64,000 nt of DNA from positions 176,461 to 240,460 of the forward strand of contig NZ_CANLSZ010000004.1 of NCBI RefSeq assembly GCF_947493765.1. Reading direction: 5' to 3'. The first letter of the stretch is position 1, and each line of letters opens with the position of its first letter. The notes under the pieces are model-generated. The model did not search any database and was not told the origin of the DNA. It saw only the letters and a program-made list of their open reading frames with translations. Position numbers and translations under genes: made by a program. Positions 1 to 8,669 of this stretch are shown here, piece after piece. This DNA is from an uncultured Arthrobacter sp. (GTDB lineage Bacteria > Actinomycetota > Actinomycetes > Actinomycetales > Micrococcaceae).

Positions 1-430
1 CGAGACCGTCGATCTTCAGTTCGGTCAGCCACGCGATGGACGAGCCGGGACTGCGCTGCTCCACGCCCGCCGTCGCGCGCTCCAGCCAGACGGTGAGCTC
101 GTCGAGGGAGAAGACGTCCTCGAGGCTGTACATCCGGGCGAGGTGATCCACGGGGGTGAACGCCGAGGAGACCTCGCCGCCCACCTCCTGCGACGGCGAG
201 TCGTTCGACACCAGCTCGGGGTGGAGGGCCTCCAGCTCCTCGAGCCTGCGGAACAGGGCGTCGAACTCGGCGTCGGAGATCGTGGGCGCCGCGTCCTGGT
301 AGTAGGCGGAGCGGTGCGCGCGGATCTCCTGGGCGAGCTGCGCGTACTCCTCCCTGAGCGCGTGGTCGGGGGTTCCGGACTGCTCCGAGGGAGTGGCTGC
401 TACCGATGCGCTGTCGGGTTCTGGGGTCAC
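1..430 (-). CDS. ligA: NAD+-dependent DNA ligase, N-terminal part (gene continues beyond window start)
   Basis: Own translation of the minus strand from GTG at 430 (absent from the ORF track because it is open at the edge). It reads [69 protein letters not shown]. This matches the LigA Ia domain plus the adenylation KxDG motif. Confidence 0.8.
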   Translation of the reverse strand, partial: MTPEPDSASVAATPSEQSGTPDHALREEYAQLAQEIRAHRSAYYQDAAPTISDAEFDALFRRLEELEALHPELVSNDSPSQEVGGEVSSAFTPVDHLARMYSLEDVFSLDELTVWLERATAGVEQRSPGSSIAWLTELKIDGL

Positions 431-508
431 TTTCCCATCTTGCCCTACCCCGCGGTACCGGGCCACCGGGTCCTCACCCGCGCGCCGGCCCGCGACACGA
501 CGGCTGGG

Positions 509-1618
509 CTACCCGGTCGGGTCGACGCCGTCGGCCGCGAAGAAACCGCGCACCGGTGCGGCTGGGGCCCCGCTACCCGCCGTCCCTCCGGACGTCGCGT
601 CGACGACGATCACGGTCACGTTGTCCCGGGCCCCGGCGCCGAGAGCAGCGGTGATCAGCTCGTTGCAGGCGTCCTGCGGATCGCCTGCCAGACTCAGGAT
701 GCCGCAGATCTGCTCGTCCGTGACTTCTCCGCTGAGGCCGTCGGAGCACAGGAGGAGGCGGTCGCCCTGCTCCACCGGCAGCAGCCAGAAGTCGGCCTCG
801 GTGTCATCACCCGCCCCCAGGGCCCGCGTCACCACATTCCGTCGGGGGTGGGTGCGTGCCTGCTCCTCGGTGAGCTGACCGGTGTCGACGAGTTCCTGGA
901 CCTCGGAGTGATCCACCGTGATCTGGCCGAACGTATCGTTGCTCATGCGATAGGCCCGCGAGTCGCCCACGTTGAAGAACAGCCAATGGGGCGCCGCGGA
1001 CTCCTCGACCAGCACCACCCCCGTCAGCGTGGTCCCCGCATCGCCTCCCGCCTCGTCGCGAATGGCGTGATCGGCCCGCTCGATCAGTTCCTCGAGGTCA
1101 CCCACCGTGACGCGGGCATACCCGCTGCCCGGGATGCCGCTCGCCGCGAGCGTGCGGACACAGATACTGCTCGCCACCTCACCTGCCTCGTGCCCGCCCA
1201 TGCCGTCGGCGATCGCGAAGACCGGCTCCGCGGCGACGAAGGAATCCTCGTTGAGCTCGCGGAGCAGGCCCACGTCCGTTCCGAAGCCGTACCTGAGCCG
1301 CACATCGCCCGAGGTCAAAGCCCTGGTGTCCGCCGCCCGATTCCCTCCGGCCTCCGCGGGTGGGGCAGCGACCTCACCCGGCCCGGGACTCCCACCGGAC
1401 TCTTGAGATGGGGCAGCGACCTTACCCAGCCCCGAACTCCCCCCGGCCTCTTGAGGTGCGTCAGAGCTGTCGATTGGCCCCGCCGGTGGAACAATAGGCG
1501 TGATGTCGACGGCGTGCGCACCGTGCACCTGCCGTTCACGCATGACTGATCCCGTGGTTCGAGCAGGGAGCTGGGCTGGTGCCTTCGGGGAAGGCTCGGC
1601 AGGCTGGCATGGTCCCAT
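509..1618 (-). CDS. PP2C-family protein serine/threonine phosphatase
   Basis: ORF 509..1714(-). PP2C motifs RELNEDSF, FAIADGMGGHEAGEVAS, LLLCSDGLSG, GARDNVTVIVVD. Start set to ATG 1618, which has a purine-rich GGAGGCGGAGGG just upstream on the coding strand. ATG 1543 is an alternative. The 1714 start would run into the repeat array. Confidence 0.85.
   Translation of the reverse strand: MGPCQPAEPSPKAPAQLPARTTGSVMRERQVHGAHAVDITPIVPPAGPIDSSDAPQEAGGSSGLGKVAAPSQESGGSPGPGEVAAPPAEAGGNRAADTRALTSGDVRLRYGFGTDVGLLRELNEDSFVAAEPVFAIADGMGGHEAGEVASSICVRTLAASGIPGSGYARVTVGDLEELIERADHAIRDEAGGDAGTTLTGVVLVEESAAPHWLFFNVGDSRAYRMSNDTFGQITVDHSEVQELVDTGQLTEEQARTHPRRNVVTRALGAGDDTEADFWLLPVEQGDRLLLCSDGLSGEVTDEQICGILSLAGDPQDACNELITAALGAGARDNVTVIVVDATSGGTAGSGAPAAPVRGFFAADGVDPTG
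1362..1457. repeat. 48-bp x2 in-frame tandem duplication inside the phosphatase N-terminal linker
   Basis: 1362-1409 (ggggcagcgacctcacccggcccgggactcccaccggactcttgagat) is followed directly by a near copy at 1410-1457. At protein level this gives GSSGLGKVAAPSQE / GGSPGPGEVAAPPAE. Confidence 0.8.
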
Positions 1619-1699
1619 TCTGCCCTCCGCCTCCCCCGTAGACCGGAAAAGTGCGCCTCCATCCCGCTCACCGATGCCGAACGGAGGGAGAGAACTCTC

Positions 1700-2084
1700 G
1701 ATCCCGCCCGACACGTCTCATTAGTGGGAGGGAGCAAGAAGGCACGCCCGCTCCCACTCGACGGGCCCGAACAGTGGGAGCGAGGGACGAATTCGACGAG
1801 CCGTGCGCTTCGCTCCCACCCCAGAAAGCCGATCGGTGGGAGGGAGTGGCCGATCCCACTGCTCGATGCCGACCATTGGGACTGAGCACACAGCCCGCTC
1901 CGATCCCACTGCAGAACGCCGATCAGTGGGATAGAGCTGATAGGAAGCTTCGATCCCACTGATCGGGCCTGACCAGTGGGAGCGACGGACGAAGCAGACG
2001 AGCCCTACGCTTCGCTCCCACCGCAGGACGCCGATCGGTGGGAGGGAGTGGCCGATCCCACCCTTGACAGCCGAACAGTGGGAC
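1700..2084. repeat. Array of eight 31-bp dyad-symmetric units (arms TCCCAC / GTGGGA) organised as two copies of a 202-bp block
   Basis: Units start at 1700, 1750, 1812, 1852, 1902, 1952, 2014 and 2054. An example is gATCCCACTGcagaacgccgatCAGTGGGAT at 1902-1932. Segments 1773-1859 and 1975-2061 are near-identical. The region is non-coding: the ORFs crossing it only repeat ADRWEGVADPT. Confidence 0.9.
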
Positions 2085-2097
2085 GGAGGGTTGCTGC

Positions 2098-3558
2098 TCA
2101 GTCGAGAATGAGACCCGAACCCGTCCCTCGGGCCAGCGTCGCGGGCCTCACCTCACCGAATCCGCGCACGTTTCGAGGATCGTGGAAGGTGAGGACGAAC
2201 TTCTCGTTCTGCTCGAGCGTCGCGGCCGTGACGGAGTCCACGAGCACCTGCCCCGGCTCCGCAAGTGCCGTCAGGCGTGCAGCGAGGTTGACCGTGGGAC
2301 CGTAGATGTCGCCGAGTCGGGACAGGACCCGACCCCAGACCAGGGAACAGCGCGCCGACGGCAGGAACTCGTCGTCGGAGAAGGCCTTGGCGAGCGCCAG
2401 CGATATCTCCGCCCCGGCCTCGGGTGATTCGGCGATGTACAGGACCTCGTCGCCGATGGTCTTGACGAGCCGTCCGCCACCCACGGAGATGATCTCGGAG
2501 CTCTTGTTCTCGAACCGCTGCACCAGCTGGGCGAGGGTCCGTTCGTTCATCCGGCGCGACAGGCTCGTGTAGGAGACCAGGTCCGCAAAACCCACAGCGC
2601 GCGCCAACGGCAGCGGTGCGTCCTGTTCGTCGCCGTCCCGCCCGGCTTCGCTGGAGCGCAGGCCCGACTCCGCACGGAGCGCCAGGCGCTGAACGCCCGC
2701 ATTCATCTGGCGACGCCACGCATAGACGAGCGTCTTCTCGAGCGGCTCGATCAGGTCCGGCAGCTCCGTGACGAGGGTCTTGCGCGCGTCGGAGTCCGAG
2801 AGGCCACGCTGTGCCACCATCTCCTCGACGATCGCCTCGATCTGCCAGACCACCATGCGGTCCGTCATCTGTCCCACCGCTCGGGTGATGGAGATGGCTG
2901 CATCCTCTGTGAGCTGCTCCTGGCGCACCATGTCGATGATCGTGGTGAGTGCGCCGAGGTCCTTCTCCGTGAAGGCCACATCGTCGTCCCCGATGTTCGG
3001 GAAGCCCATGGCGCGCCAGAGCTTGCGCGCCGACAGCAGCGACACGCCTGCAGCCGCCGCGATGTCTCGGCGCCTCAGGGTGCGCTCGGCCCCGAGGAGC
3101 TCGCGTTCGAGTCGGCGGATCGTCTCACGGTCGAGTTCGAGCGGGGCCGCGGCGTCCTCCCGCTCGCCGCCGGTCATATCGGGGTGCAACTGCCAGACCT
3201 CCTTCGCCGCTCCGGCGGAAGGCGGGCCACCCTGCTCGACCGGGCCCTGGTCACTCTGCTCGACCGACGCGTGGTCGCCCGCGCGGACGGAAGCCTGTCC
3301 GCCCGCTCCGACGGAAGGCTGGACGCCCTGCCCGACGGCGCTGCTGCCGCCCTGCCCGGCTGGCGCGGATCCGGGCAGCGGGGCCGTGGACGACGGGCTG
3401 GTAGGTGGCGAGGTAATAGGCATCGGGGCCGTGGACGAAAGGGCTGACGACGACGGGGCTGACGACGAAGGGGACGCAGCCATGGCGTCCGCGGGCATGG
3501 CGGCAGGACCGTCCGAGCGGCCTGGCTCGCCGGATCCGTACCGGTCCTCGACTGTCAT
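2098..3558 (-). CDS. Class III adenylate cyclase with Rv1264-like N-terminal regulatory domain and a long Ala/Ser/Pro-rich N-terminus
   Basis: ORF 2098..3594(-). Cyclase homology domain motifs FADLVSYTSLS, VKTIGDEVLY, GPTVNLAARL. The helical segment RRDIAAAAGVSLLSARKLWRAMGFP resembles the Rv1264 regulatory domain (from memory). Start moved to ATG 3558, which forms an ATGA overlap with the stop of the upstream gene. Confidence 0.85.
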   Translation of the reverse strand: MTVEDRYGSGEPGRSDGPAAMPADAMAASPSSSAPSSSALSSTAPMPITSPPTSPSSTAPLPGSAPAGQGGSSAVGQGVQPSVGAGGQASVRAGDHASVEQSDQGPVEQGGPPSAGAAKEVWQLHPDMTGGEREDAAAPLELDRETIRRLERELLGAERTLRRRDIAAAAGVSLLSARKLWRAMGFPNIGDDDVAFTEKDLGALTTIIDMVRQEQLTEDAAISITRAVGQMTDRMVVWQIEAIVEEMVAQRGLSDSDARKTLVTELPDLIEPLEKTLVYAWRRQMNAGVQRLALRAESGLRSSEAGRDGDEQDAPLPLARAVGFADLVSYTSLSRRMNERTLAQLVQRFENKSSEIISVGGGRLVKTIGDEVLYIAESPEAGAEISLALAKAFSDDEFLPSARCSLVWGRVLSRLGDIYGPTVNLAARLTALAEPGQVLVDSVTAATLEQNEKFVLTFHDPRNVRGFGEVRPATLARGTGSGLILD

Positions 3559-4157
3559 GATTGCTCGGGTCTCCCTCTGTGCCATTCCTCCCACGGGCCG
3601 GAGGTCCCCTCACGGGAGTACTGCGGACCGCTGTCCCTGTCTACACCATCGACGCCCCGGATGGAGGGGAGCTCGCTGACCGTCAGGCCCAGGTATTCCT
3701 TGAACCGCGCAACCTGCGGCACGTCGCGGTACCGCTCCGCGTGGGCGGCATGGGCCCCGATGCTGAGCGTTCCGCTGCCGGTCAACCGCTGCAGCAGGCT
3801 CTGCTCCGTCCGCACCTGCAGGCCGGGCGACAGGGGGATGTCGTGCTCGGTACGACGGCCTGCACCATGCCGGTGGATGAGCCGGCGGCTCGTGAGGACG
3901 TAGCGGGTGCTGGACCAGCGGATCAGCGGCCGCACCACCACGATCACGAGCAGGAGCACGACGACGGCGATCGCGAGCAGCAGGAGCACCGGCTGCCAGT
4001 CGCCCAGCTCCGGCAGCTGCCTGCCGCCGAGGTAGCCGAGCCCGAAGCCACCGGCGGCGAGGACGACGAGGCCGCCGACCACCGGTCCCGCGAGCGGCAG
4101 GAGTGAGGGACGGGTCCGGACGATCACGCGCTCGCCCGGCAGCAGTTTCACCCGCAC
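3555..4157 (-). CDS. Bacterial PH-domain (YdbS/bPH_2-like) membrane protein
   Basis: GTG start at 4157. Two hydrophobic helices (LAGPVVGGLVVLAAGGFGLGYL; VLLLLAIAVVVLLLVIVVV) are followed by RYVLTSRRLIHRHG...GTLSIG. The gene sits tightly between birA and the cyclase. Confidence 0.7.
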   Translation of the reverse strand: MRVKLLPGERVIVRTRPSLLPLAGPVVGGLVVLAAGGFGLGYLGGRQLPELGDWQPVLLLLAIAVVVLLLVIVVVRPLIRWSSTRYVLTSRRLIHRHGAGRRTEHDIPLSPGLQVRTEQSLLQRLTGSGTLSIGAHAAHAERYRDVPQVARFKEYLGLTVSELPSIRGVDGVDRDSGPQYSREGTSGPWEEWHRGRPEQS

Positions 4158-4160
4158 GGA

Positions 4161-5042
4161 CTACACCAGTGGACGCAGATGCACCACGTCGCCCGCCGAG
4201 ACCGTGTGCCGTTCGCCGTCGTCGTCGCGCACCACGAGGGCACCACGCGCGTCGAGGGAGAGCGCGCGGCCACTCAGCGTGCCGCCGTCCGGCAGTTCGG
4301 CCCGGACGTCCTGGCCGAGCGTGCCCATGCGGTCCCCGACCCGGTCCCGCAGCGCCGGACCGTCGGTCCAGGGAGCCGCGGCGTCGCCGTCCGCGTCGCA
4401 GAAACTCCGGTAGTGGTCCGCGAAGGTGCGCAGGAAGGACTTGAGCAGGATGTTGCGATCGGTGGTTCCGGCGTACTCCAGCAGCAGGCTCGTCGCGGTG
4501 GGGACCGGGAGCTCGTCCTCGGTGAGGCTGACGTTGAGCCCTACCCCCACGACGACGGCGGGAGGCTCGGCCCCGGCTCCGGGCACGAATGTGGCGAGCA
4601 CACCGGCGAGCTTGCGTCCGTCCACGGTGACGTCGTTGGGCCATTTGAGCTGCGGCGCGATCTTCGTCCGGTCCTCGACGCTCTCGGCCAGCGCCAGCGC
4701 CGCCAGGAGTGACAACCAGGAGTAGGCGGTGGTGGGAACGGGGCGGCCCTGCCGGTTGACGGGTCGCAGGAGCACGCTCACGAACAGCGACGACCGCTCC
4801 GGGGCACTCCAGGAGCGGTCGAGCCGACCGCGTCCGGCGGTCTGCATCTCCGCCGCGACGACACTCAGATCGGGCCACCCGGCGGGCTCCCGCTGCGCGT
4901 GCTGTACCAGATCCGCATTGGTCGAGCCGGTCTGCGCCAGGACATCGAGCCGGGAGATGGGACCCGACGGCATGCAGACGGCTGCCCGCAGGACGCCCGT
5001 ATCCAGGCCCGGGCGTTCGAGATTCGAGTAGCGGGAGGACAT
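4161..5042 (-). CDS. birA: Biotin--[acetyl-CoA-carboxylase] ligase (group I, no HTH)
   Basis: ORF 4161..5195(-). Signature TAGRGRLDRSWSAPERSSLFVSVLLRP and KWPNDV. Start set to ATG 5042 (MSSRYSNLERP); the longer N-terminus is Arg/Gly-rich and looks non-coding. Confidence 0.9.
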   Translation of the reverse strand: MSSRYSNLERPGLDTGVLRAAVCMPSGPISRLDVLAQTGSTNADLVQHAQREPAGWPDLSVVAAEMQTAGRGRLDRSWSAPERSSLFVSVLLRPVNRQGRPVPTTAYSWLSLLAALALAESVEDRTKIAPQLKWPNDVTVDGRKLAGVLATFVPGAGAEPPAVVVGVGLNVSLTEDELPVPTATSLLLEYAGTTDRNILLKSFLRTFADHYRSFCDADGDAAAPWTDGPALRDRVGDRMGTLGQDVRAELPDGGTLSGRALSLDARGALVVRDDDGERHTVSAGDVVHLRPLV

Positions 5043-5213
5043 GTCACCGATCCTATCCGCCCCGGCCGGCGCCCCGGCAGGCGCCCGCCAGGACTTGCGG
5101 CGCCCAGCCCGGTACCGGCGCGGTTCCCGGCCGCCGCTCCCTCCGGACGCACGGCGCCGCCCGGCCGGGACGCTCCGGCAGGCGCCCGTCGACACCGTCA
5201 GAGGCCGGCACCG

Positions 5214-6080
5214 TCAGAGGAAGATGTCCGAAATGAGCCCGTCCTCCGGCGCACCGAGGCTGTAGCCGGTGAGGTCGGTGACCCCCTCCTCCCGCAGGAC
5301 CTGCTCGTCGGTGAAGAAATTACCCGTGCAGGTCCGCGCACCACGGACCAGGACGGCGTGCGCGGCGTCGGCGACGATCCGCACGCTCCTGGCCGCCTGC
5401 ACCAGCCGGTCGCCACCCGGCATGGCCCTGATCGCAGCGGTGTCGATCAGGGTCGCCGGCCAGAGCGAGTTCACCGCCACCCCGTCCTCGCGGAGCTCCT
5501 CCGCCAGACCGAGGGTGGTCAGGGACATCCCGTACTTCGCCATGGTGTACGCCAGATGGAGCCCGGCCCAGTGCGGATCGAGGTTCAGCGGCGGCGACAG
5601 GGTGAGGATGTGGGGATTCTCCGACCCCTCGAGCGCGGCGAGGGAGAACTTGCTGAGCATGAACGTGCCGCGGACGTTGATGTCCGCCATGAGGTCGTAG
5701 CGCTTCATGTCGACGTCGGGGGTCTTCGAGAGGTCGATCGCGGACGCGTTGTTCACCACGACGTCGATCCCTCCGAAGGTGCTGACGGTCGTGTCGACGG
5801 CGGCCCTGACGTCGTCGTCCCTGCGCACGTCCCCCACGATCGCCAGCGCCCGTCCACCCGCCGCCTCGATCTGCCCGGCGGCCGTGTGGACCGTGCCCTC
5901 GAGCTTGGGATGGGGCTCACCGGTTTTGGCCATGATGGCCACGTTCGCGCCGTCGCGGGCAGCCCGCAGGGCGATCGCCAGCCCGATACCGCGACTCCCA
6001 CCCGACATGAGCACGGTGCGCCCGGCGAGTGATCGTGACGTACCGGGGGTGGATTCATGGTCTTCGGGGGAAGCTGTCAT
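5214..6080 (-). CDS. SDR-family NAD(P)-dependent oxidoreductase
   Basis: Rossmann motif [29 protein letters not shown], and catalytic YTMAKYG (YxxxK). Confidence 0.85.
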   Translation of the reverse strand: MTASPEDHESTPGTSRSLAGRTVLMSGGSRGIGLAIALRAARDGANVAIMAKTGEPHPKLEGTVHTAAGQIEAAGGRALAIVGDVRRDDDVRAAVDTTVSTFGGIDVVVNNASAIDLSKTPDVDMKRYDLMADINVRGTFMLSKFSLAALEGSENPHILTLSPPLNLDPHWAGLHLAYTMAKYGMSLTTLGLAEELREDGVAVNSLWPATLIDTAAIRAMPGGDRLVQAARSVRIVADAAHAVLVRGARTCTGNFFTDEQVLREEGVTDLTGYSLGAPEDGLISDIFL

Positions 6081-6299
6081 GGCTCCAGCCTAAGCACCGG
6101 GGGTGGAGCACGCTCCTCCGACCCACCGGGCGGCCCGGACGCAGCAGCGGTCCGGCCGCTAAGTGATGAACGACGAAACTGTAGGAGTCATACAACCCGC
6201 TGCCCGGAGAGGGTCACTAGACTGGACCGAATGCGCCGTCCGTTGTGGGAATCCTCCAGTTCGCACCGGCGCCCCATCCATCCGCCGACCGGAGTACCC

Positions 6300-7895
6300 A
6301 TGCGCCAGGACCTGCAGCCCGATCTGACCACCACCGCCGGGAAGCTCGCCGACTTCCGGAGGCGCGAAGCGCTCTCCCAGGAGCCCTCCGGCCCGGCAGC
6401 CATCGAGAAGCAGCACGCACGCGGTAAGAACACCGCACGCGAGCGCATCGACCTGCTCGTGGACGACGGCTCCTTCGTCGAGTTCGACGCCCTGGCGGTA
6501 CACCGCTCCACCGCCTTCGGCATGGAGAAGAAGAAGCCACTGGGCGACGGCGTCGTCTCCGGGTACGCCACCGTGGACGGCCGGCTGATCGCGATCTACA
6601 GCCAGGACTTCACCGTGTACGGCGGCTCGCTGAGCCAGGTCAACGGCGAGAAGATCGTCAAGGTCCAGGAGTTCGCGCTGCGCAACGGCTGCCCGGTGGT
6701 CGGCATCAACGACGGCGGCGGCGCCCGCATCCAGGAGGGCGTGGCCTCCCTGGCCATGTTCGCCGACATCTTCCGCAACAACGTCCACGCCTCCGGTGTG
6801 GTCCCGCAGATCTCCCTCATCATGGGTCCGTGCGCCGGTGGGGCGGCCTACTCCCCCGCGCTGACCGACTTCGTGGTGATGGTGGACAAGACCTCGCACA
6901 TGTTCATCACCGGCCCGGATGTCATCAGGGCCGTGACCGGCGAGGACGTGGACATGGAGACCCTCGGCGGGGCCCGCCAGCACAACACGACCACGGGCAC
7001 CTCGGCCTATCTCGCCACGGACGAGGCGGACGCCGTCGGCTTCGTCCGGGAACTGCTCGACTACCTCCCCTCGAACAATCTCGCGGAGGCGCCGCTGACC
7101 GAGTTCGTGGAGGAACCGGAGCCCTCCGACGAGGACCTCGCCCTCGACACACTCGTCCCGGACGCCGCCAACCAGCCCTACGACATGCACGCGGTCATCG
7201 GGGCGATCGTCGACGACGCCCACTTCCTCGAGCTGCAGGCCCTGTACGCGCCGAATCTGGTCATCGGCTATGCACGGGTCGAGGGGCACACCATCGGGAT
7301 CGTGGCGAACCAGCCCCTGCAGTTCGCCGGCACCCTGGACATCAACGCCTCCGAGAAGGCCGCGCGCTTCGTCCGCCACTGCGACGCGTTCAACATCCCC
7401 CTGCTGACCCTCGTCGACGTGCCCGGGTTCCTCCCCGGCAAGGACCAGGAATTCCAGGGCATCATCCGGCGCGGGGCGAAGCTCCTGTACGCCTACGCGG
7501 AGGCCACGGTGCCCAAGCTGACCGTCATCACGCGCAAGGCCTACGGCGGTGCCTACATCGTCATGGGCTCCAAGAAGCTCGGCGCGGATCTGAATCTGGC
7601 CTGGCCCACGGCGCAGATCGGGGTGATGGGTGCCCAGGGTGCGGTGAACATCCTGTACCGCGCACAGCTCAAGGAGGTGGCCGACACCGGTGGGGACGTG
7701 GAGGCGGCCCGGGCAGACGTGGTGCAGCAGTACGAGGAGGAGCTGCTGAACCCCTACCAGGCCGCGGAACTCGGATACGTCGACGCCGTCATCGCGCCCT
7801 CCGAGACACGACTGCACATCGTCCGGGGGCTGCGGGCCCTGCGCGACAAGCGCGCGTCGAACCCCGCCAAGAAGCACGGGAACATCCCGCTGTGA
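6300..7895 (+). CDS. accD5: Acyl-CoA (propionyl/acetyl-CoA) carboxylase carboxyltransferase beta subunit
   Basis: ORF 6057..7895(+), start set to ATG 6300 ([19 protein letters not shown]). Carboxyltransferase motifs [49 protein letters not shown]. Neighbour of birA and accE as in M. tuberculosis. Confidence 0.92.
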   Translation: MRQDLQPDLTTTAGKLADFRRREALSQEPSGPAAIEKQHARGKNTARERIDLLVDDGSFVEFDALAVHRSTAFGMEKKKPLGDGVVSGYATVDGRLIAIYSQDFTVYGGSLSQVNGEKIVKVQEFALRNGCPVVGINDGGGARIQEGVASLAMFADIFRNNVHASGVVPQISLIMGPCAGGAAYSPALTDFVVMVDKTSHMFITGPDVIRAVTGEDVDMETLGGARQHNTTTGTSAYLATDEADAVGFVRELLDYLPSNNLAEAPLTEFVEEPEPSDEDLALDTLVPDAANQPYDMHAVIGAIVDDAHFLELQALYAPNLVIGYARVEGHTIGIVANQPLQFAGTLDINASEKAARFVRHCDAFNIPLLTLVDVPGFLPGKDQEFQGIIRRGAKLLYAYAEATVPKLTVITRKAYGGAYIVMGSKKLGADLNLAWPTAQIGVMGAQGAVNILYRAQLKEVADTGGDVEAARADVVQQYEEELLNPYQAAELGYVDAVIAPSETRLHIVRGLRALRDKRASNPAKKHGNIPL

Positions 7896-8125
7896 GCAGC
7901 CGGGCAGGTACGGACGACGACGCATCATCCCGGGCGACCTTCTCGGTGGTGGCGGGCTCCCCGACCGCAGAGGAGCTCGCCGCCCTCACCGCCGTCGTCG
8001 TCGCACTGCAGGGAGCACCCCGGACCAGCGGCGATCCGGCGCCGGCCCGGTCGTGGGTGCGCCGCGCGCTGCTCTCCCTCGGTCCGCGACCCGGACCCGC
8101 GTCCTGGCGGCGCAGCGGCCGCTGA
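7892..8125 (+). CDS. accE5: Acyl-CoA carboxylase epsilon subunit
   Basis: GTG 7892 overlaps the accD5 stop (GTGA). The 77-aa product contains [25 protein letters not shown], typical of AccE. It is visible as the tail of track ORF 6830..8125. Confidence 0.75.
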   Translation: MSSRAGTDDDASSRATFSVVAGSPTAEELAALTAVVVALQGAPRTSGDPAPARSWVRRALLSLGPRPGPASWRRSGR

Positions 8126-8127
8126 GC

Positions 8128-8568
8128 TCACGACGCGGGACGAGCAATGGTCCGGCTGCGTCCGCGGAACTCGGCGACGACCCTGTCACCGACGGTGACA
8201 CGGACGTCGTAGACGCCGCTCCTGCCGGTCCGCGACACCAGGGCGCCGACCGCCGTGAGCGTCTCGCCCTGCCGGGCCGGAGCCACGAAATTGATGTCCG
8301 CGCCCGAGGCCACCGTGATGACGGCCGGATCACCGGCAGGATCGTTACACGCCAGGGCGAAGCAGGTGTCGGCGAACGCGAAGATGATGCCGCCGTGGGC
8401 GATGCCGAAGCCGTTGACCATCTCCTTCCTCAGCCGCAGGGAGATCCGCGCCGCCTCGGCCGTCGACTCCTCGACCACGATGCCCATCCACTCCGACATG
8501 TGATCCGCGGCGAGGATCGGATGGTCCTGGGAGGGCTGACGGAACTGTGGCACGGGTGTACTCCTCAT
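8128..8568 (-). CDS. PaaI/hotdog-fold acyl-CoA thioesterase
   Basis: 146 aa. Motif NGFGIAHGGIIFAFADTCFALAC, typical of PaaI-family thioesterases. Confidence 0.8.
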   Translation of the reverse strand: MRSTPVPQFRQPSQDHPILAADHMSEWMGIVVEESTAEAARISLRLRKEMVNGFGIAHGGIIFAFADTCFALACNDPAGDPAVITVASGADINFVAPARQGETLTAVGALVSRTGRSGVYDVRVTVGDRVVAEFRGRSRTIARPAS

Positions 8569-8669
8569 CGGCAGGATGCGGGGCTGCGGGTGCAGGACCC
8601 GGGACCCACGCTACCGACCCGCCCCCCGATCGGTAGCCTCCGGCAACCGTGTGCCACTAGGCTCGGAAC

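Noticed and set aside
143-1549. Long ORFs antisense to, or out of frame with, clearly identifiable genes. Examples: 143..1549(+), 6159..7928(-), 8565..10526(-), 10586..11965(-), 13486..14901(-), 22946..26593(+), 27147..29603(-), 28399..30369(-), 30605..31942(+).
   Set aside because: Their translations are Arg/Gly/Pro/His/Asp-rich with no family motifs. Each is fully overlapped by an ORF with strong conserved motifs on the other strand or frame. These are typical shadow ORFs of ~70% GC DNA.
1700-2084. Possible CRISPR array, because of regularly spaced 31-bp repeats
   Set aside because: Spacers are only 9-31 bp and are themselves duplicated (a 202-bp higher-order repeat). The repeats are internally palindromic with variable centres, and no cas genes are present.
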